A stretch of DNA of 64,000 nt from Octopus bimaculoides (Eukaryota): assembly GCF_001194135.2 (NCBI RefSeq), contig NC_068981.1, forward strand, positions 16,885,792 to 16,949,791. Direction: 5' to 3'. Both the position numbers and the translations under genes were made by a program. Within the stretch, counting starts at the first letter, position 1. Every line of letters begins with the position of its first letter. The notes beneath the pieces are model-generated. The model was not told the DNA's origin. It searched no databases and saw nothing but the letters and a program-made list of their open reading frames with translations. Positions 51,116 to 63,939 of the stretch are shown piece after piece.

Positions 51116-51721
51116 AGTATAAATATATATATATGCACACGTGCACCCGCACTTACACAAAGAGAGAGAGAGAGAGAGATACACACACACACACATATAT
51201 ATGTATGCACATATATATAGATAGGTATATATATATATATATAGATATAACATTTTAATTTGCATATGTATCTATGTAACAATCATAATAAAGACCACTA
51301 GAATCTGCAAAAAATCAATAAATATCCCTTTGTATTGAATTTGAGAGGAAATGGAGAAGTGTGAAGGAATGAAGACAACGTTCCTATTGTACAACACATT
51401 GTCCGTACTACTATACGAATAGAACTGGTCGTCAGTGGAAGCAGGCAGTAGATAGTAGGTACAACGTATATTTAGTGATGTTAGATAGACACAATACGTC
51501 ATCAGTTTTGTTAAGCACATAAAATATATCTTCAGCCGTTGCTAGAAAATCTCAGCGTAGCTAGGTGTCAGAGGGTAGAACAAGACTGGTGGTGGGGGGA
51601 ATAATATAGGTTCTGCGTAGCTAAGGGGTAGAGAGTAAAATAGATTTCCACAATGTACTAAGGTTGTAAATGGGGTAAACAAAAATGTCTCATTGTAGAA
51701 AGACAGCAAATGACAAAAGCA

Positions 51722-52000
51722 AGATTGCCTCAGCGTAACCAGAGTGCAGATAGGAGAGGCAAGACTGCTTCAATGGGGCCAGATGATAGATGGTAGAAAC
51801 AGACTGCCTCAATGGAATTAAATGGTAGATAGTAGAAACAAGACAGCCTCAGTGTAATTAAATGGTGTATGGTAGAAAGAAGACTGCCTCAGCGTAGCCA
51901 GATGGTAGTAGAAATCAGACTGCCTCAATGTAGCTAAATGATAAATGGAAGAAGCAAGACTGCCTCACGGTGGCTTGATGGTAGATGGTAAGCACAAGGT
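51722..52000. repeat. 40-bp minisatellite (AGACTGCCTC core), at least 7 units, with degenerate flanks from about 51540 to 52200
   Basis: Cores at 51722, 51762, 51801, 51841, 51881, 51917 and 51957. Confidence 0.85.
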
Positions 52001-52248
52001 AACCTCATTTGAGGCCCATTGTGCGAAATAAACTGTTTGTATAATTATGGTCAGTGTGTAATTTAGTTGTGAATGATAGTTAAAAGATTGTATCCGAATA
52101 ATATCAAGGTGGAAGGTAAATAGAGTTTTCAGGTTTATGAAAGGCAGAATACAGACTCAACGTAACTAAGTGATAGATGGTAGGTAGAATACAGCATCAC
52201 TTTAGCTGTATTGCAGGTAACAAAGTGTTAGTACATTTATTGTTTCAG

Positions 52249-52376
52249 ATATTGCTTCTAACCTTGATTTACGATCAATTTTCTCAGCCATGCGTTACCG
52301 ATCAGCTGTTGATGAGCAAATTGAACTAGACGAATATGATATGATTTTGTCTCTATTCGTTCTTATTGGTCCGTGT
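52249..52376 (+). other. candidate exon (unidentified)
   Basis: ATTTATTGTTTCAG acceptor; open frame IASNLDLRSIFSAMRYRSAVDEQIELDEYDMILSLFVLIGP; donor ambiguous (GTATGT 52377 or GTGAGC 52383). Confidence 0.3.
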
Positions 52377-52409
52377 GTATGTGTGAGCGTGTGTGTGTGT
52401 ACGTGTGTG

Positions 52410-52457
<48 letters not shown>

Positions 52458-53281
52458 CGCGTCTTTGTGAGGTGTCCTTTGTATATTTATAATTCTTACT
52501 ACTACTCTTGTTATTGCTCCGGTGGTTGTCAATGGCGCTTTTGTTGTTACACTATTTCTCGTTGCCATTGTTGTTAATGCAGTTGGTCTTGTTGTTGTTC
52601 GTCTTCTTCATGTATGTTGCTACTATTGTTGCTGTTATTATTGTTATTTGGTAAATGGTGCCATTATTGCTGTTGTTGTTGTTGTTTTTTGTTTTTTTTT
52701 ATATGCTGTTATTGTTGTTGTAGACGTTTTTGTCGTTCCTGATCAGATTGTTCAATATTTTATATTGCTGCGATGTCATATCATGATGTAACAAACCAAA
52801 AATATAAAATTAATCATTTTACAAAGTTCTTCCACTTGGTTAAAGATTTATATGAGGTCTGTGATTCCTAGGTGACTGAAATAGTGGGAAGTCTTTCTGC
52901 CGTGCGAATGAAACTGCTCCACAGTGACTTTTAAGAATAAAACGGTTGGATAGAGAATATTAGATATTTTAAACTGTCAGCTAAGCAGAGATTATTGTGT
53001 AATTAACTAGATTGAAGCTGTGAAGTAGAACCTGGTTAAATGGCTTTGACTGTTAGTTAAAAGCTTCTATTTGGAAACTGCAAGATAGAGTGGCTGAAAA
53101 ATTTTGAAGCAAACAAAAGTGTGTAGACAATAGCTGACAATAGACGATTTTGTTATAGAAATATGTAAACCGAGACGTATGAAGTGAAGCTGGTACATAA
53201 CTGGGAAATAAGGACAGGTGTATGTGGGTATTATATGTGCCAAATCGTGACAGCTAAATTTTGACTGCTTTAAAGAAATAA

Positions 53282-53362
<81 letters not shown>

Positions 53363-53769
53363 TGTTTGAGTGAGTGTGCATGTGTGTGTGCGTCTGTGTG
53401 CGCGCGCATCTGTGTGTAGTAATTTGCACAAGTAGCACCAATGAAATTTGTGGCAAAGAAAAAACAATGAAAGAAGAAATTATAGTACACAGAGTCAGCC
53501 AAGCGAAAGCACGTGACTAAAAAGCGTAGAAATACAAAGCGAAAAACAACAAACAAAGAAGTTTAGATTGAAGTTCAATACGCCAAATCAACAGGAGAGA
53601 ATCTGACAATCTAGGTGAAAGACTTTATCAAAAAAGAGAAAAATAAATAGAAAAATTAATTGAAGGGCAAGAGGTAGATATGTATATAAGATAGATATAT
53701 ATATATTCGCCATGGTAGATCGCTGACCACTACACATATATTCTTTCTCTCCTTATTTCTTTCTGTGTT

Positions 53770-53807
53770 CCTTTCTGCTGAAGAGCGTAAGCGCGAAACG
53801 TTAAAGG
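53770..53807 (+). ncRNA. minimal type I hammerhead-ribozyme-like motif
   Basis: CCTTT - CTGCTGA - A - GAGC/gtaa/GCGC - GAAA - CG - TT - AAAGG; followed by a T-rich stretch and (TA)n. Confidence 0.55.
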
Positions 53808-53895
53808 CTTTCTCTATTCCCGAGCGTTATACTAATACATCCATTTGTTGCTTACACCACCTGTCTTCGTCTGTTGTTTTTTCGTGAATTTTCCC

Positions 53896-53936
<41 letters not shown>

Positions 53937-55520
53937 NNNNNNNNNNNNNNNNNNNNNNNNNNNNNNNNNNNNNNNNNNNNNNNNNNNNNNNNNNNNNNNN
54001 NNNNNNNNNNNNNNNNNNNNNNNNNNNNNNNNNNNNNNNNNNNNNNNNNNNNNNNNNNNNNNNNNNNNNNNNNNNNNNNNNNNNNNNNNNNNNNNNNNNN
54101 NNNNNNNNNNNNNNNNNNNNNNNNNNNNATATATATACATACACTCACACACACAGATACATACATATAGACAAGCTGTTAATGCGCTGCTGCTTAATCG
54201 TTTTCTAAATGGTAATTGCAGTATGAGAAATGCTATGTGGTGACGGCGAATTCGTGACGTAATATATATTTGACAGAAGTTGTAAATACTGAACACAGAC
54301 TGATAAGTCATAAGTGGAAAATAATGTTAAATTGATACGAATTGTTAAAACATACGAGAAACCTTTGGTAATCAATAGATTAGGAGATGGTGCATAATAG
54401 AAGAGTATCTTCTGATTGTAATTTATTCAGCTCATGACAAACTTGACTTAAGGTCTATGAACTATTATTCTTTTAATGATATATAAGGTGTGTTGTTTTT
54501 CAAGTTCTAAGCATTCACATTCCCTTTATCGGCAGAAATACATTGCTTTCTCTCTTTTGTCGTGGGTGATAGAGATTTTAGATTCTCAACTGAAATAAGT
54601 ACGCCGTGTAATGAATGAGGGTTGGCTACCGTTTTTCTGATGAGGTATTAATAGTTTCAGTTAATTATATTGTTCTCGACTGAATTCCAATAATCGTCTA
54701 CATTCTACATTGAGATGTGGATTTATAATTAGTTTTGTTGAATCTAATAGCTTTTTTTATAGAAGATAAACTCTCATAAACAATTCAGTAAAAAATATTC
54801 TCTTCTGATCAATATTGATTTTATATTGGCACAAGACTAGAGATTTCCAGGGAAGTAAATTGAATCGGCCGTAGTAATTCATAACGGGCCAAGGTACATG
54901 CGCATTATTCATTTTATCAGTCCCAGAAGGCAGGAAAGCAATGTGATAATGTTTGTTTTTTATATAATCACATCAGCTGTGATTTAACAAACCAAGGGTA
55001 CTCAAACGCTGCAAAAAGTGGAAACTCTCTCTGCGTTTTATGCCGATACTACAATGACCAAATCTCCTAATAGTTGGCAGCTCCCGTGCTCCCTACGTTG
55101 TTTACTCATTATCTCATCACTAATGTTATGTCCGACTTCGCAGGCACCCACAAACCGTAGCGTCCAGTTCTGGAATTTCTTCACTCCGCATATTTCCCTT
55201 GAAGAAGTTCTCAACTTCATCTATATCATCATTATCAGCCCTTTCCTTTAAACGAAACCTTAAAAATTAACAAAATGACAGTCAATCGAACGACCAGAGG
55301 CAATCATCATAATTTTTACTCCAAATACACGGTACCTCCCACCAGTTGATTCCTACACTATATATTCTTACGTTTCCTCCGCCAGCTTTCCACAAGAGAT
55401 CAATCTCAAAACACCAAATTCCTGTTTCTCTTTTATCTCAATACACGAATCGTAGAGTTTTAACCGATGCGAACCACATGTAGTTTCATTGGATTCTCTT
55501 TTCACGTGATATAGTGTTTG

Positions 55521-55584
55521 TTTCTAACTAATATTATTTCTAACTAATATTATTTCTAACTAATATTATTTCTAACTAATATTA
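55521..55584. repeat. perfect 16-bp tandem repeat x4 (TTTCTAACTAATATTA)
   Basis: Directly visible. Confidence 0.97.
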
Positions 55585-56562
55585 TGTCTTTATTCACTCG
55601 ACCAAACTTGGTGCTCTTGATTATTTTTAGTATGTACATCAAGACGGCAGAATTGATTCAGTGGCCACATTGAGGGCTTCCGCATTAATTCATCTGTGTA
55701 TCTATAGACTCTGATATTGGATACATCTGAAGCAAGGAAACCGAAAGCAAACCTATTGCAGCTTTTCTATACCTATCAGTGGTGCATACAGCACGGAGTT
55801 TGAAGCAATTCTGATTTACGAATTTTATACATAATGTATGCTGTGTTCTTATCTGGAGTAAGCGGATAAAATTCCTATAATGATGTCTACTATAGTGTTT
55901 TAGAATATTGTACATGTGATTTACCATTTAAAATGAGTGAATACTCAGGTGGGTGTACGTAAATGCCTGACGCTGCTGTAGGTGCAAACACCGCCTATCG
56001 AATGACCAACTCATCTAAATTAGCTGAAATTAAATGAATAAATGAATTTTAACTTCCAGTATTTTATAGAATTTTTGTTACTATATTTATTTCGCTATTT
56101 TTTGAAAAAATACATTCTCTACACCCACTTTATTTGTTCACATCCTTCCTATACTGATCTTCAACATATACTCTCAGTATTATGTAAATCCAGCCACACT
56201 AAAGATGGTCGCTGGGTTTACCTAATGTTTATATGCTTTCACTACTGGTTGCATATTCTGACTTTTTGCGAGCTACGTCTGCCAACATTTACGAGCGACC
56301 AGGGACAACTGTTGAACTTGTGATGCCTAATCTTCTACTCAAAATTTTTTTTGTCTTTTTGTAATCTCTGTAAGTTTGCGCAATTAATATATAAATATCT
56401 ATATATTTATACATTGAACGTTCATCGCCTGAATATGTCCAGTCTTTATTTTCTATATTAGTAGCTCTTTCGGTTGTGTATTAAAATGATATTTATCTCG
56501 CAGTGGATGGAGTTCTTTTTTGTTGATTTGTTGATTTTAGCTCTAACTCTTTCTCTCTCTCT

Positions 56563-56603
<41 letters not shown>

Positions 56604-56675
56604 TATTATATTATATTATATTATATTATATTATATTATACATATATATATATTATGTTATATTATATCATATAA

Positions 56676-56706
<31 letters not shown>

Positions 56707-56996
56707 TACACATAATGATATATATAGTATATCTATATATAAATGTGTGTGTGTCTGTGCATGTGTATGTATGTGTGTGTGTGTCTGTGTGTATGTATAT
56801 ATAGTCATCTGATAAGATCCAGAGATACTCAATATAGAAAACACATAGTTCAAATGATTTGAACTTAACTCCGAAATCTTTGCCGGGGGGTGAAAGTGGC
56901 TATAAGAAGAAACCTGATGAGCAGAAATACAGATAATGATGTTAATAAACAAACAAGACCTCTTGGGTTAGATATAAAATATAAATGCACACATAC

Positions 56997-57067
<71 letters not shown>

Positions 57068-57374
57068 TGTGTGTGTGTGTTGGCATATATACATACATAT
57101 ACACACACACACACACACACAACGCACACATCAATGTATAGATATACAAATATATGCACGCATTATTGACTATGTCTGTGTTTCTATGTATGCATGCATG
57201 TATGTATGTTATGTATGTATGTATGTATGTATGTTAAAGACAGACACATACACACGCATAGGGAAAATGAGATACCTAATAACCTAATGAGGGAGCAGAA
57301 AATCTTGACGTGCCAAGGTAGACGCATCTCGGTAGCTTTAAGAAGTTGATGTAGAAATTCATATAAAGCGTGCA

Positions 57375-57406
<32 letters not shown>

Positions 57407-57418
57407 CGTATGTATGTA

Positions 57419-57459
<41 letters not shown>

Positions 57460-57766
57460 ATTTCTGTATGTAAATGTGCGTTCTATAGGCATATGCTAGT
57501 GTATATGTGTAAAGAGAGCGAAACATACACACACATATACATACATTACTCTGTGCATGTGAGTGTGAAATTACGTAATACGACACAGTGTATGTGAATT
57601 AATTAATTCTATATCAGAAATAATTAATACCAGAGAACGTTAGCTTTATAACCCTGCATAGCAATACATATCCATTTAATTAATTCATGTGTTCTGTGAT
57701 GTGTTATGTAATTTTCTACGAATATTAAAATCTGCACTCTTAGTTCATTTATTATGGATATTGGCT

Positions 57767-57823
<57 letters not shown>

Positions 57824-58049
57824 ATGAAAAGAAGAAGAGGAAGAAAATTCTTTAACACATCTTTAATTATAAGTTACAAACGTTTCCGTACCATCTCCGT
57901 TTGCAACGCCATTTTACACGAAAATTCTAAAATGAAAACATACGTGATATTTGCGGTTTTATGCATTGGAGAGGCACTTCCTCAGATTGGTACTAAAGCG
58001 GCGCTATTACATTGTGCATTTATTAGACTTTGTTGTTAGGAATTCTTGT

Positions 58050-58091
58050 TACGTTCCGATTCTTTCTCATTCTATTGCAGCTTAGGTAAGT
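58050..58091 (+). other. juxtaposed splice acceptor and donor: 5-nt microexon or recursive splice site candidate
   Basis: TTCTTTCTCATTCTATTGCAG / CTTAG / GTAAGT. Confidence 0.4.
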
Positions 58092-58280
58092 GTCCTTTAC
58101 TTCAGCGTCAAGTCGCCGAAAGCTTTGTGAGTGAACCTACATAGGGAGAACTGCGTGCAAGCTTTTGAGAATGATTGCATTTATTTTACCCGTTTTTCTT
58201 TTTACGTACTGCTAATTGTGTAGAAAGGAGCATCCCCTCAGAGATTAGAGAGTTTGCTGCCGTTAATGTTCCATTTAAGC

Positions 58281-58536
58281 TAGTGGTTCTCAAGTGTTAT
58301 TTATATATCCCTTGGGGGTCCATAGAAGATTTTACTGTTAAAATTGTATGTGCAGTTATCTAGTTATGCTTTTACAATGCACAAAATATTATAAGAAATT
58401 TTCTATACACTTCCAAATAATGTTTAATTATAAAAAATATAAATGGGATTCTTAAAACATTGAATAGTTATGAGGGTCCACTCGAGTTAGATAGGAATCA
58501 AAACGGTCCATAAGTAAAAATGTTTGGGAACCACTA
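58281..58536. mobile_element. hAT-type MITE, 256 bp
   Basis: TIR TAGTGGTTCTCAA / TTGGGAACCACTA; 8-bp TSD ATTTAAGC / ATTTAAAC. Confidence 0.88.
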
Positions 58537-58884
58537 ATTTAAACCATTGCAGGAAAAACAGGAACAAGAAGAGGATTCCAGATGATTGAAGCTCTGGACA
58601 GGATGGCCTGAGCAGTGTTGGAGGAGAGACTTAATGAGTCACTCGGTTTGATAACACCCACTTACACTACTTTAACATTGGACAAGTTCATTCCGTGGGA
58701 AGATAACGTTCTTCCTACTTCACACCAGTCTCGGAGTCCTATAAATGCCGTTGGGGGCTGTTCCTCATTCTCTGATAAAAACATGCAAAAACTTTTATTG
58801 AATTGGATGATAATAAATATTCATCGCCCGTAAGCTTTAAAATGACATTATTTACAAGTTATATTGCAATATATGGTTGGGTAT

Positions 58885-59320
58885 AAGGCAACGAGCTGGC
58901 AGAAACGTTAGCACGCCGAGCGAAATGCTTAGTAGTATTTCGTCTGCCGTTACGTTCTGAGTTCAAATTCCGCCGAGGTGGACTTTGCCTTTCATCCTTT
59001 CGGGGTCGATAAATTAAGTACGAGTTACGCACTGGGGGTCGATATAATCGACTTAATCCCTTTGTCTGTCCTTGTCTGTCCCCTCTGTGTTTAGCCCCTT
59101 GTGGGCAATAATGAAATAAGAAACGTTAGCACGCCGAGCGAAATGATTAGCAGTATTTCGTCTGTCTTTATGTTCTGAGTTCAAATTCCACCGCGGTCGA
59201 CTTTACCTTTCATTCTTTTGGGGTCGATAAATTAAGTACCAGTTGCGTACTGGGGTCAATCTAATCGACTGACCCCTCCCCCAAAATTTCGGGCCTTGTG
59301 CCTAGAGTAGAAAAGAATGC
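58885..59320 (+). mobile_element. nested SINE family B dimer
   Basis: 27-nt duplication AGAAACGTTAGCACGCCGAGCGAAATG at 58901 and 59119; the two units have different tails. Confidence 0.9.
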
Positions 59321-59780
59321 ATGGTTGGTGATGTTAACACATGTGAACTAGTTAGATGATCCTGAGGTTGCACTCTGTTCTGATATATAGAGCTTCCATA
59401 ATGTTACTGTTTTGTTCCTCTCCTCTTGTGTTGGTGTTGTGGACTCATCATCATCGTCGCTGTTCTTATTTTTGTTCTTGTTATTGTTTGTCCTTTGGTC
59501 AACCTTAATTATACAAATCAGCGATAGAAAACATACCAGCATTGACAGTTTTGTCATTTTTGCCATGCTTCTATATATATAAAAGATCGCTGAGTTCAAA
59601 GTGCTCTCCCTTTTCTAAGACGATACGATTTCACTGGAAGGATATTTTGCTGCCATTTCTAACCTGTCAAAGATGAGGAAGACTTTGATTTGTGCTAACG
59701 TGAGATTGAAGAGAGGGCACTCTCACAGACATGCACGTACACGCACACAAAAACACACACACACATACACACACACTCAT

Positions 59781-59815
<35 letters not shown>

Positions 59816-59924
59816 CGATATATATGCATGTATATGTATATGAGCTAACAATCAGCATACCCATGCCTGTAATAATTCAACCTCTTCTTTTCCTCACGTA
59901 ACCCTTAATGTGTCCTCACTTTCT

Positions 59925-60060
59925 AGATCTCATCTTAAATGCATTTTCAAATTTTCCCATTCCAGAACTGCACACCACACAAATTCCCTTCCACCCGTAT
60001 ATTCTAATAACTACCCGCCCACTGACCTCAATCTAAGTGGTTTCAAAAAGGAAAGCTTTG
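59925..60060 (+). mobile_element. degenerate LINE (Jockey/CR1-type) ORF2 3' end
   Basis: FSHSRTAHHTNSLP..PTDLNLSGFKK resembles FF.RT..LWNSLP..P..DL..FK. Confidence 0.4.
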
Positions 60061-60186
60061 TAGATGTCTGGGTACACGGTTCCTCCTCCTCTTAAAATCA
60101 TTATAAGAAATATGTATGACTATCTTTCAGTTTGTTGAAGTTCACATATCCACATACAACCTGATCGATTATTCGATCAATACACC

Positions 60187-60235
<49 letters not shown>

Positions 60236-60829
60236 ATTGACTGAGATGTTTATGCACGTAACAAAAACAAATATATCATTCTATAATTATATATTCGTAA
60301 CATGATAGATTGTTGACAGAAATGTATAACTTTCGGCATAAGTTGTATGTTAGTGTGTTTATATATGCATATATATATATATATATATTATTTTGTTTAA
60401 AAGAGTTCCAACACTGTCTGTTTTTTATGTTTTATTTATATTCCTGCAAAACCAATGTGGGATATACAATATATAATATAATATACAATATATAATATAA
60501 AATAAAAATGGAAATGGATGGTACTATGAAATAAAGTATTGAATGTCTTATTGAATATATGGAATATGTCTTATTGAAAAGATGAAATATTGAGTATTAA
60601 ATATATATAAGGACTAGTATACTTTCCTGCTTAATAGCAGTCATCAAGGTCCCGTCTGACTGTCACGAACATTCTTCGTCTCTCTTCCAGTTCGTTGCTT
60701 TACAATGTTCAGTATACACATATTTTTTTCACGTCTGGCCATAGAGCCTTCTTGTTTGTTCTCACTGTGTCGTTTTCCTGTTTTGTTTTCTGTCCACCAC
60801 TACATTCCTCCACGTTACANNNNNNNNNN

Positions 60830-60868
<39 letters not shown>

Positions 60869-60916
60869 TATATAGATACATAGTTGGATAGATAGATAAT
60901 TAGATAGATACATAGT

Positions 60917-60990
<74 letters not shown>
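60830..60990. repeat. (GATA)n microsatellite
   Basis: Directly visible, adjacent to a gap. Confidence 0.95.
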
Positions 60991-60991
<1 letters not shown>

Positions 60992-62135
60992 CTGTGACAC
61001 ACTAAATCCATATTCCACTGAATTGATGTTTATAAATACATGTCTATAATTCTATACAAAACATCTCGTGTATTATTCAGTTAAAATAACATTTTAATTC
61101 TTTTATCCTGTTCAATAGTCGCTGTTGTTGATGTTTTTGCTGCTTTCATTGCTGCTGCTGTTGCAGCTGTTGCATTTGCTGCTGATGTTGTAGTTGTTAC
61201 TGCTGCTGCTGCTGCTGAATGAATAGATCATATTTCACCTCTTTGTTTCCGTTCTTTTATTTTGTTTTGTCGTATCATTTCCCTCACTAACATCAACTTA
61301 ATTGATATTTCTAAATAGCGTCCATTTATTCTTTCTATTTGATCATTCGGCACAATATGATATGATTGCGTAAAACAAGCAACTAAAATACTAAACTGAT
61401 ATAAAACATACAATTAATCCTCGCATTTTATATATCTCTTAATTACATATTAGGTTGAATATAGAATCTATCTTTCATTTTGCCATATCAACTTTCATTT
61501 TTATAATCTCTAATTACAATTTATTATGTTATTATTTTGTTTTGTTTTGTCTTTGCATTTTCGATATGTATTTTTGATTTTGTGAGTATAGGTGGCACAG
61601 GAAGGCTTCCATATGAAGTATTTGGAAAATATTTGTCCCAAAATAATTTTTTGCTTTTTTTTTATAATTTATGTATAATTATTTTTTTTGCCTTTTCGTT
61701 CCCATTTTCAATTCTGAAATATTAGTGAGAATAATTACATTCTTAAAGCCACTTTTAGATTGAAATTTCTCCTGAAAAATCAATTAACTGATACAACTAA
61801 TCTATATTCAAATATAAATATTATTACCATTTTTTAGATATATTTCATACATGTCAAATGTTTTAAGAAGAGCAAGAGTAGAAAAGAATAGAAGAAATGA
61901 GAGAGGATAATAAAGAGAGTGAGAAAGAAGAAGGAGAGAGATAAATTTAGTTGAATTTATATTACATACACGTGAGAATTTATGTTTTAATATATTGATT
62001 TCTATCTTGTGATAAGCTATTGATGAAGAAAAATGACTTTGGTTTTGTTGTTGCTCATTTTCTTCATTTGCTGAGAAAATTTTGTGGGAAACGCATGAAT
62101 GCCACAAGTTTATATGCTCTTCTCTAAAATTTTAG

Positions 62136-62237
62136 AGCTTCCTGCTAGGCATTCAGATGTGCTAAACATCAAGATTAGTCAGCCGTGTCACATATTGCCG
62201 GAAGATAAAAATCATTCAATGCTGTTCTATTTAATAT
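62136..62237 (+). other. candidate 102-nt symmetric exon (unidentified)
   Basis: GCTCTTCTCTAAAATTTTAG acceptor, ATAT/GTAAGC donor; open frame LPARHSDVLNIKISQPCHILPEDKNHSMLFYLI. Confidence 0.3.
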
Positions 62238-63939
62238 GTAAGCGACGTTACGTCATCTTGGGTTTGACATTTTAACATAGAATATAAACAAAGCTAAATG
62301 CTGCTCTGCTCTCGTATTTCTGACAAATCAAATGTCTTTCATTAATTTTATTAAATGATTAATCGAAGTTTTTTCATATTTAACATGTCAGCTAGTGATG
62401 ACTGTTTAGCATTTATTATTGAATTTTATAATGTTTAGAATTACTCATTTCTTATCGTTGCTATTTACTGTGTTCCTTCTTACTATTTTAAATCAGCTTT
62501 ACCATTATTATATCTACCATATTCCCTGGAGATATTCATTGATTCATATGTTAAATTGTTTTCTCTTATCTCTCCTAGCTTTATGAATAGTAAGAACACT
62601 TTTCTCTCAATTAAATTAACCTCTTCACTGTAGCACTATTTCAGTGCAAAATATATAATATATCTGCGTACATTATTCTTGCTAATGATAGAGGTGAAGG
62701 TCAAAATATTTTCGTAAGACGTTTTGAAGAATTTGTGAGCATCTATATAGCGATTTTCGATTTATATGAATAAATCAGAAACTGCCACTTAACAACACTG
62801 AGGTTCTCAGAATTCTACACTACGGAATGTTAACATGGAAAAGAATGGAAATCAAAATTGCATAATGGAATTTCACCTTTTATCAGAAAACTGGAATGCT
62901 GCGATGGAAATTTCTATTATTATCTGAATGCAAAAAGCCAGGAAGTATCCATTAATTTTCCAGTATAATGGTTTCATCTGCATTTCCGTTGCCAAAGTCA
63001 AACATTTACTGGATCTGAAGGTCTGCCTGGAAATAGAACGATCATTTAAAAATAGAAAGAAATCTATTAGAAAAAAATATAAAAACAGCTCAATTTTAAA
63101 TTGAGTCCCAATAATCAGCATGATATATACCCAGAAAGATTTAGTGTCGTTGAGATGAAATGAAAGATATTTCCTTCATAAAGTGTATCATAGAGAAGTC
63201 AGTTTAGCGAAACCATTACATTTTAGAACATCGATAGCGTCTTGAACTCACAAATACGAAAACGAGGTAAAGTGAAGTGATTTTATACCATACATTCCGC
63301 TTAAACATGGCTTACGTCATTCATATAAACGGCGCACGAGAAAACAATAAAATCAAATTTTAATCAAATATATTGCTTCCTCCAATATATTTTTTCACTA
63401 AAATTGACTGATAGAAAACAAAATCTCACAAGTTATTGGAACAGTTGTCAACTTCTAGTGAACTTATTTCAGTCGACCTCAATCACATTATGAGTACACC
63501 TGCTTTTTATCAACCAGCTGTACATTATTCGTTTGGCGATATTCAATATATGTCAATTGTAATATAATGAGAGAATATATAATATTCTTATTGTGGTACG
63601 AGAATTAAATTAGAATATTCTCCAGACTATTAAAAAAAGGAGACAAAGCAGCTAAATATTAAATGAAATCAAATACAAAATTCACCGCTAACAAAAATAT
63701 ATGATAAACATAGAATCATGTTTTCGAGTACTTTTTTGTATTCTGCCCACACACACACACACACGAACACACACAGATACACACTACACACACACAAACA
63801 AACACAAACACACATATATACAGGCGTACATGTATACCTACGCAAATTTACAGAAACATTAACCAATTCATACACGGATATATGTATGTTTACATAAATA
63901 CATATATATGTATGAATGTACGCACGTATGCGTCCATAT

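Noticed and set aside
62930-63104. Frame with FICISVAKVKHLLDLKV resembling a PLE RT motif
   Set aside because: Under 60 codons, no YxDD at the expected distance; likely chance.
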